Of a stretch of 37,623 nt of DNA, positions 32,701 to 37,623 are shown one piece after another. This DNA is from Gammaproteobacteria bacterium (lineage in GTDB: Bacteria; Pseudomonadota; Gammaproteobacteria; DRLM01). The first letter of the stretch is position 1; each line of letters begins with the position of its first letter. Under the pieces are notes generated by a model that did no database searches, was not told where the DNA came from, and saw only the letters and a program-made list of their open reading frames with translations. The position numbers were made by a program, and so were the translations under genes. Location of the stretch: contig WFXX01000326.1 in assembly GCA_015490395.1 (NCBI GenBank), forward strand, positions 1 through 37,623, in the 5' to 3' direction.

Positions 32701-33883
32701 TGAAGAAGAGGTTATGGAACAGCGTCTGAGCGGCCTCCTTGGCCGGAGGCTCGCCCGGGCGCATCATGCGGTAGATCTCTACCTGCGCCTCAAGCTCGGT
32801 GCGAGTGGGGTCCTGCCGCAAGGTCTGGGAGATGTAGGCCCCTCGGTCCAGCTCGTTGGTATGGATCAGCTCGATGCGACGCACTCCCTCTTGCTGGAGC
32901 CGCTCGATGAGCTCCAGGGTGAGCTCGTCATTGGCCCGCGCCAGGATCTCGCCGGTGGCCTCGTCCACCACGTCCTTGGCCAGGACCTTGCCCACCAGAT
33001 AATCCGGGGGCACGGTCAGGGTCTTGATGCCCGCGCGCTCGAGCTCACGAACGTGCCGGGCCATGATCCGCCGGCCGGCCTCCACCACGACCTTGCCCTT
33101 GACCTTGATGTCAAAGGTGGCCGTCTCCCCCTGGAGGCGCTGCGGCACCAGGTCCAGCTTGATGCCGCCCTTCTCGAACCGGACCACATTGGTCTCGAAG
33201 AACAGCCCTAGGATTTCCTCGGTGGTGTAGCCCAGGGCCCGCAGGAGCATGGTGGCCGGCAGCTTGCGGCGCCGGTCGATGCGCACGTAGACCAGGTCGT
33301 TGGGATCGAACTCGAAGTCCAGCCAGGAGCCCCGGTAGGGGATCACCCGTGCGGAGAAAAGCAGCTTGCCTGAGGAATGGGTCTTGCCCTTGTCGTGCTC
33401 GAAGAACACCCCGGGGGAACGGTGGAGCTGGGAGACTACCACACGCTCGGTTCCATTGATGATAAAGGTGCCGTGCTCGGTCATCAGGGGGATCTCCCCC
33501 ATGTAGACCTCCTGCTCCTTGATGTCCTTCACCGCCCCGGGACCGGCCTCCTTGTCATAGACCACCAGGCGCACCTTGACCCGCAAGGGCGCAGCATAGG
33601 TCATACCCCGAAGCTGGCACTCGCGCACGTCGAAGGCAGGCTCACCCAACCGGTAGCTGACATACTCCAGCACGGCGTTGCCCGAGTAGCTGGAGATGGG
33701 GAAGACCGACTTCAAGGCCGCATGTAGCCCCTGCTCCTTGCGCTCCTCAGGCGGCACGTCCGCCTGGAGAAAGCTTCGGTAGGAGTCCACCTGGATGGAC
33801 AGCAGATACGGCACCTCTAGCACGCTGGGCCGCTTGCCGAAATCCTTGCGAATGCACTTCTTCTCGGTGAAGGAATACGCCAT
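29747..33883 (-). CDS. rpoB: DNA-directed RNA polymerase subunit beta
   Basis: 1378 aa: [31 protein letters not shown]..., collinear with E. coli RpoB throughout. Confidence 0.99.
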   Translation of the reverse strand: MAYSFTEKKCIRKDFGKRPSVLEVPYLLSIQVDSYRSFLQADVPPEERKEQGLHAALKSVFPISSYSGNAVLEYVSYRLGEPAFDVRECQLRGMTYAAPLRVKVRLVVYDKEAGPGAVKDIKEQEVYMGEIPLMTEHGTFIINGTERVVVSQLHRSPGVFFEHDKGKTHSSGKLLFSARVIPYRGSWLDFEFDPNDLVYVRIDRRRKLPATMLLRALGYTTEEILGLFFETNVVRFEKGGIKLDLVPQRLQGETATFDIKVKGKVVVEAGRRIMARHVRELERAGIKTLTVPPDYLVGKVLAKDVVDEATGEILARANDELTLELIERLQQEGVRRIELIHTNELDRGAYISQTLRQDPTRTELEAQVEIYRMMRPGEPPAKEAAQTLFHNLFFNPARYDLSAVGRMKFNRRVGREDIEGPGILYDGKYFSAREDEESRRLYERLGDTSDIVDVLRTLIDIKDGRDKVDDIDHLGNRRVRSVGEMVENQFRIGLVRVERAVKERLSLAETEGLMPHELINAKPVSAAIKEFFGSSQLSQFMDQNNPLSEVTHKRRVSALGPGGLTRERAGFEVRDVHPTHYGRVCPIETPEGPNIGLINSLAVYARTNRYGFLETPYRKVVNGKVTDEIHYLSAIEEGQYVIAQANASLDEEGRLVDELVSCRHQNEFTMVSPERVDYMDVSPKQIVSVAASLIPFLEHDDANRALMGSNMQRQAVPTLRAEKPLVGTGMERVVARDSGTTVIARRGGVVDSVDASRIVVRVHEEETEAGEPGVDIYNLIKYTRSNQNTCINQRPLVKPGDVIARGDVLADGASTDMGELALGQNVLVAFMPWNGYNFEDSILISERVVQEDRFTSIHIEELTCVARDTKLGPEEITADIPNVGEAALSKLDESGIVYIGAEVGPGDILVGKVTPKGETQLTPEEKLLRAIFGEKASDVKDTSMRVPSGMNGTVIDVQVFTRDGVEKDARAKAIEQEELERFKKDLQDQHRILEEDVYHRMERLLLGRTAAGGPKRLKAGAKITKAYLEELPREKWTEIRLKNEEANAQLEQLGRQLEALRQEFDRKLEEKRAKIAAGDDLAPGVLKMVKVYLAVKRRIQPGDKMAGRHGNKGVISMIVPTEDMPYMADGTPVDIVLNPLGVPSRMNVGQVLETHLGWAAKGLGRKIGEMLDAQRKVGEIRAFLDRIYNGSGRKEDLEALTDEEILELAENLRRGVPMATPVFDGAREDEIKGMLRLAGLPENGQTILYDGRTGDPFDRPVTVGYMYMLKLNHLVDDKVHARSTGPYSLVTQQPLGGKAQFGGQRFGEMEVWALEAYGAAYTLQEMLTVKSDDVQGRTKMYKNIVDGNHTMEAGMPESFNVLVKEIKALAIDIELKQR

Positions 33884-34017
33884 CTGCTAGCTTCCTCAGG
33901 TATGCTTGCTAGGATACGGGCTAGGTCGTCCGGCAACCGCGGATCACTCGGGCCTCCAGCGACGGAAGGCCGGCAGCCTGAAGCTACCAGCCCCTGCCCG
34001 AGTCTCCGGCCTAGGCC

Positions 34018-34040
34018 GGCCCCCCGCCGAGCGGGGGGCC
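34018..34040 (-). promoter_or_regulatory. Perfect 10-bp GC hairpin in the rplL-rpoB spacer: possible attenuator or processing site
   Basis: ggccccccgc (34018-34027), loop cga, gcggggggcc (34031-34040), about 30 nt after the rplL stop. No U-tract follows on the transcribed strand. Confidence 0.45.
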
Positions 34041-34068
34041 GATGCCCAGCGGGTGCGCCCGCGCCCCC

Positions 34069-34452
34069 TTACTTCAGCTCCACGGAGGCCCCGGCCTCCT
34101 CCAGCTGCTTCTTGATCTGCTCCGCCTCGTCCTTGGAAACCCCCTCCTTGACGGTGGAAGGGACCCCCTCCACCAGCTCCTTGGCCTCCTTCAGGCCCAG
34201 GCCGGTGATGGCGCGCACGGCCTTGATGACGGCGACCTTATTGGAGCCGAAGCTGGTCATGACCACATCGAACTCCGTCTTCTCCTCGGCCTGCTCAGCT
34301 GGGGCCGCAGCGCCCGCCGCCGGCGCCGCGGCTACCGCCACCGCGGCTGCGGAGACGCCAAACTTCTCCTCCATCGCGTTGATGAGGTCCACAATCTCCA
34401 TCACCGTCATGTTGGAGATGGCCTCTAAAATCTCTTCTTTGGCAACCGCCAT
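34069..34452 (-). CDS. rplL: 50S ribosomal protein L7/L12
   Basis: 127 aa with an alanine-rich hinge and C-terminal domain ...[19 protein letters not shown].... Confidence 0.98.
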   Translation of the reverse strand: MAVAKEEILEAISNMTVMEIVDLINAMEEKFGVSAAAVAVAAAPAAGAAAPAEQAEEKTEFDVVMTSFGSNKVAVIKAVRAITGLGLKEAKELVEGVPSTVKEGVSKDEAEQIKKQLEEAGASVELK

Positions 34453-34517
34453 GGTCCTGTCTCCTCTCTACTGGTACTCCGATGCCAGGGTCCCTTGGTG
34501 CCTCGCGCCGATGCGCC

Positions 34518-35042
34518 TCAGGCCGCCTGCTTCTGGTCCCGCACCGCGGCCACGGTGCGCACCAACTTGTCCACAGGGGCCTTGAGGGTCCGAGCCAGCT
34601 TCTCCACCGGCGCCCTCATCACCGCCAGGAGACGGGCCAAGGCCTCCTCCCGCGTCGGCAGGGTGGCCAAGGCCTCAAGGTCCTGGGGGGTGAGAAGGCG
34701 CTCCGGGAGGGCCACCGCTCGCACCACGATCTGCTCGTGGTCCTTGGCGAAGTCCCGGATGATCCGCGCCGCGGCCCCGGGCTCCTCCCTGGAGAAGGCC
34801 AGCATCAGCGGACCGCCGAGGCTCTCGCGCAGGCAGGCGTAGCCGGTGCCCTCCAAGGCCCGCCGGGCCAGCGTGTTCTTCACCACCTTGAGGTACACCC
34901 CAGCCCGCCGCGCCGCGGCCCTGAGCTCGGTCATCTCGGCCACGGTCAGGCCCCGGTACTCCACGGCGACGGCCGACTGCGCCTGGCGCGCCACCTCCGC
35001 CACCTCGGCAACGATGGCCTCCTTTTGCTCTCTCGTTAGCAC
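34518..35042 (-). CDS. rplJ: 50S ribosomal protein L10
   Basis: (M)LTREQKEAIVAEVAEVARQAQSAVAVEYRGLTVAEMTELR, collinear with E. coli L10. GTG start with GGAGG 6 nt upstream. Confidence 0.96.
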   Translation of the reverse strand: MLTREQKEAIVAEVAEVARQAQSAVAVEYRGLTVAEMTELRAAARRAGVYLKVVKNTLARRALEGTGYACLRESLGGPLMLAFSREEPGAAARIIRDFAKDHEQIVVRAVALPERLLTPQDLEALATLPTREEALARLLAVMRAPVEKLARTLKAPVDKLVRTVAAVRDQKQAA

Positions 35043-35270
35043 GCTGCACCTCCGAACGAAGGGCCGCCCTCGAGAGGGCCGGCCTCACACCGCCTCGCAG
35101 GCGGCTCCTCGGCGGCGACCGTCGCCCGTCTTCCCCGGCTCGGGCCCCGCCGTCTGCGCAGGCCCCCCGCCGCAGGGCGGGGATTTAAGCGCTCGCACCT
35201 GCGGTCTCGGACGGCATGCCCCCTCCCCGCTACCCGGAGGGAAGGAGACAGGCCAGCCTTCCGGCGCCGT

Positions 35271-35963
35271 TCAGACCAAGGCGCCGTGGTCCACGGGCAC
35301 CCCCGGCCCCATGGTGGTGGAGAGGGTGACCCGCTTGATGTACGCCCCCTTAGCCGCCGCGGGCTTGGCTCGCATGAGGCTGGCCAAGAGGGCCTCCAGG
35401 TTCTCACGCAAGGCCGGCACCTCGAAGCTGGCCTTGCCGATGGGGCAGTGCACGATACCCGCCCGATCGGTGCGGTAGCGCACCTGACCGGCCTTGGCGT
35501 TGCGCACCGCGACCTCGACGTCGGTGGTCACCGTGCCTACCTTGGGATTGGGCATCAGGCCCCGGGGGCCGAGAATCTGCCCGAGTTGCCCCACCACGCG
35601 CATGGCATCGGGCGTGGCGATGACCACGTCGAAGTCGATCTGTCCGGCCCTGACCCGCTCGGCCAGGTCCTCCATGCCCACCAAGTCCGCGCCAGCAGCC
35701 CGGGCCCTCTCGGCGTTGGCCCCCTGGGTGAAGACGGCCACCCGCACCTGCTTACCCGTGCCGTGGGGCAGGACCACCGAGCTGCGCACCACCTGATCGG
35801 ACTTGCGGGGATCCACCCCCAGGTTCACCGCTGCCTCCACGGTCTCGTCGAAACGGGCCAGGGCGCACTCCTTGAGCAAGGCCAGGGCCTCGTCCACGGG
35901 GTATACCTTGCCCGGCTCCACCTTGGAGCGGATCAGCCGCATGCGCTTGGACAGCCGCGCCAT
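35271..35963 (-). CDS. rplA: 50S ribosomal protein L1
   Basis: Trimmed to ATG 35963, 1 nt after the rplK stop: [15 protein letters not shown]...[18 protein letters not shown].... Confidence 0.97.
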   Translation of the reverse strand: MARLSKRMRLIRSKVEPGKVYPVDEALALLKECALARFDETVEAAVNLGVDPRKSDQVVRSSVVLPHGTGKQVRVAVFTQGANAERARAAGADLVGMEDLAERVRAGQIDFDVVIATPDAMRVVGQLGQILGPRGLMPNPKVGTVTTDVEVAVRNAKAGQVRYRTDRAGIVHCPIGKASFEVPALRENLEALLASLMRAKPAAAKGAYIKRVTLSTTMGPGVPVDHGALV

Positions 35964-35964
35964 C

Positions 35965-36396
35965 TTACAGGCCCTCCACATTGAGGCCCATGCTCCGGGC
36001 GCTGCCGGCGATGGTGCGCACCGCCGCCTCCATGTCCGAGGCGGTGAGATCGGGCATCTTGGTCCGGGCGATCTCCTCGAGCTGCTCCCGGGTGACGGTA
36101 CCCACCTTGTCGCTGTTGGGCCGGCTGGAGCCCTTCTCGATGCCCGCGGCCTTCTTCAGGAGCACCGAGGCCGGCGGGGTCTTGGTCACGAAGGTGAAGC
36201 TGCGGTCCGAGTAGACCGTGATCACCACCGGGATCGGCAGCCCTGGCTCCAGGTTCTGCGTCTGGGCGTTGAAGGCCTTGCAGAACTCCATGATGTTGAC
36301 GCCGTGCTGGCCCAGCGCCGGCCCCACAGGGGGGCTAGGGTTGGCCTGCCCAGCCTTGACCTGCAGCTTGACGTACGCCTGTACCTTCTTGGCCAT
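35965..36396 (-). CDS. rplK: 50S ribosomal protein L11
   Basis: [43 protein letters not shown]. Confidence 0.98.
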   Translation of the reverse strand: MAKKVQAYVKLQVKAGQANPSPPVGPALGQHGVNIMEFCKAFNAQTQNLEPGLPIPVVITVYSDRSFTFVTKTPPASVLLKKAAGIEKGSSRPNSDKVGTVTREQLEEIARTKMPDLTASDMEAAVRTIAGSARSMGLNVEGL

Positions 36397-36455
36397 CGCT
36401 CCTTACGCTCCTCGTCGCGGGTGCTGTCGCCTCGCGGCTCCCCACTCTCCCGAGC

Positions 36456-36989
36456 TCAGACCTTCTCCACCTGGCCAAACTCCAGCTCCACCGGGGTAGA
36501 GCGGCCGAAGATGGTCACTGAGACTCGGAGCCGGTTCTTGTCGTAGTTGACCTCCTCCACCGTGCCGTTGAAGTCGGCGAAGGGACCCTCCGTGACCCGC
36601 ACCACCTCACCCGGCTCGAAGAGGATCTTAGGCCTGGGCTTCTCGGTCCCCTCACGGATACGGTCCAGGATGCGCTGTGCCTCCTGCTCGCTGATTGGAG
36701 CCGGCCGGGCCCCGGATCCACCGATGAAGCCCATCACCTTCGGCACGTCCTTGACCAGATGCCAGGTCTCGTCGTTCATCTCCATCTGCACGAGGACGTA
36801 GCCCGGGAAGAACTTACGGTCGCTCTTGCGCTTCTTGTTGCCCCGGATCTCTACCACCTCCTCGGTGGGGATGAGAATCTCTCCGAACTGGTCCTCCATC
36901 CCTCGGAGCCTGATGCGCTCCTTCAGGGAGCGCACCACCTGATTCTCGAAGCCGGAGTAGACATGCACCACGTACCAGCGCTTGGCCAC
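36456..36989 (-). CDS. nusG: Transcription termination/antitermination factor NusG
   Basis: (M)[17 protein letters not shown]..., with a C-terminal KOW region. GTG start 4 nt after the secE stop. Confidence 0.97.
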   Translation of the reverse strand: MAKRWYVVHVYSGFENQVVRSLKERIRLRGMEDQFGEILIPTEEVVEIRGNKKRKSDRKFFPGYVLVQMEMNDETWHLVKDVPKVMGFIGGSGARPAPISEQEAQRILDRIREGTEKPRPKILFEPGEVVRVTEGPFADFNGTVEEVNYDKNRLRVSVTIFGRSTPVELEFGQVEKV

Positions 36990-36993
36990 GGCC

Positions 36994-37341
36994 TCAGCCC
37001 CCCTGCCCGGTGAAGAGCTTCACGCCCCAAAGCAGCAACGCGTCCACCATCCACAGGAACACGGCCAGCAAGGTCACCATGGCCATCACCACCAAGGTCG
37101 TCTGCACGGTCTCTCGACCGGTGGGCCAAACCACCTTGCGGACCTCGAGCTGGGCCTCGTGGAAAAAGGTCAGGGCCCGGCGCCCGGCCTCCGTGGTCAG
37201 GGCCACACCCAAGGCCACACCGCCCACCACCAGCAGGCCCAGCACCCTCAGCAGCAGGGAGTACCGCTCGTAGTGGTAGAAGCCGTAGATGCCGCCGCCC
37301 AGCAGGAGGACGGCTACCACCCACTTCAGCCTGTCCGCCAT
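36994..37341 (-). CDS. secE: Preprotein translocase subunit SecE (three-TM form)
   Basis: Track ORF trimmed to ATG 37341 ([14 protein letters not shown]...) because the longer version would overlap tRNA-Trp. Three hydrophobic segments and the conserved ...[13 protein letters not shown]... block are present. Confidence 0.9.
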   Translation of the reverse strand: MADRLKWVVAVLLLGGGIYGFYHYERYSLLLRVLGLLVVGGVALGVALTTEAGRRALTFFHEAQLEVRKVVWPTGRETVQTTLVVMAMVTLLAVFLWMVDALLLWGVKLFTGQGG

Positions 37342-37362
37342 CCGCGTCGCCTGAAAGAAAAA

Positions 37363-37438
37363 TGGCAGGCCAGGAGGGAATCGAACCCCCAACCTGCGGT
37401 TTTGGAGACCGCCGCTCTGCCGATTGAGCTACTGGCCT
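37363..37438 (-). tRNA. trpT: tRNA-Trp (anticodon CCA), CCA 3' end encoded
   Basis: The minus strand reads AGGCCAGTAGCTCAATCGGCAGAGCGGCGGTCTCCAAAACCGCAGGTTGGGGGTTCGATTCCCTCCTGGCCTGCCA. The 7-bp acceptor stem is AGGCCAG/CTGGCCT, the anticodon loop is CTCCAAA, and the T-loop GGTTCGATTCC is present. It sits in the typical tufB-tRNA-Trp-secE position. Confidence 0.95.
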
Positions 37439-37474
37439 ATGGGTGCGCCCACTGGGGCCCGCGCCCCCACGGGA

Positions 37475-37623
37475 CGCTCACTCAATGATCTTGGTGACGA
37501 CGCCGGCGCCCACCGTGCGACCACCCTCGCGAATGGCGAAGCGCAAACCCTCCTCCATCGCAATCGGCGCAATCAGCGACACCGTCATCGACACATTGTC
37601 CCCAGGCATCACCATCTCCACCC
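37475..37623. repeat. tuf 3'-end repeat, copy 2: 100% identical to 20952-21100
   Basis: Base-by-base comparison. See copy 1. Confidence 0.95.
37478..37623 (-). CDS. tufB: Elongation factor Tu, second copy, 3' end only; runs off the window
   Basis: Identical in sequence to the 3' end of tufA (...[15 protein letters not shown]). Not in the ORF track because it is truncated by the window edge. Confidence 0.93.
   Translation of the reverse strand, partial: VEMVMPGDNVSMTVSLIAPIAMEEGLRFAIREGGRTVGAGVVTKIIE

Noticed and set aside
37342-37392. A 17-residue N-terminal extension of secE (track ORF 36994-37392).
   Set aside because: It would overlap the tRNA-Trp gene (37363-37438). ATG 37341 gives a normal three-TM SecE.
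37439-37477. A GC-rich spacer between the tufB stop and tRNA-Trp with a short GGGGC-N4-GCCCC stem. I considered it as a tufB terminator.
   Set aside because: The stem is only 5 bp and has no U-tract. The tRNA is more likely co-transcribed and processed out of the tufB transcript.

Overview
This GC-rich window is almost entirely conserved core genome, and I found no convincing novel system, mobile element, CRISPR array or defence island. Every gap over about 60 nt is explained as a leader, terminator or promoter region.

The minus strand carries the near-complete bacterial translation and transcription super-cluster. In transcription order it runs: tufB 3' end, tRNA-Trp, secE-nusG, rplKAJL, rpoBC, rpsLG-fusA-tufA, the S10 operon, the spc operon including secY and rpmJ, and the alpha operon (rpsM-rpsK-rpsD-rpoA-rplQ) with a clean intrinsic terminator.

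Downstream of that cluster is a short housekeeping stretch. It holds a DUF62 SAM-hydrolase and AI-2E/PerM permease pair on the minus strand, bcp and a PIN-PhoH2 gene on the plus strand, then dapA-bamC(short)-purC-purL(5' part) on the minus strand. The dapA-bamC-purC order and the tufB-tRNA-Trp-secE arrangement point to a gammaproteobacterium. I cannot name the species.

The ORF track writes GTG starts as M, so I re-trimmed many starts by homology and Shine-Dalgarno position. GTG appears to be the true start of fusA, nusG, rpsD, rplO, rplR, rpsS, rplJ and probably the DUF62 gene. Many junctions are translationally coupled through ATGA or TGATG overlaps.

The points worth a second look are modest:
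- A 35-bp perfect fold-back at the left edge derails purL and is probably a contig-end artefact.
- The right edge stops inside a 149-nt stretch that is 100% identical between the two tuf copies.
- tufA abuts rpsJ with no S10 leader.
- The rpoC terminator abuts a near-consensus rpsL promoter.
- S4 is a four-cysteine (Zn-ribbon type) form.
- RpoB carries an extra segment of about 22 aa.
- The BamC-like lipoprotein has only one domain.
- The bcp-phoH2 and DUF62-perM gene pairs are tightly linked.

The long plus-strand ORFs in the track are antisense shadow ORFs typical of GC-rich DNA.
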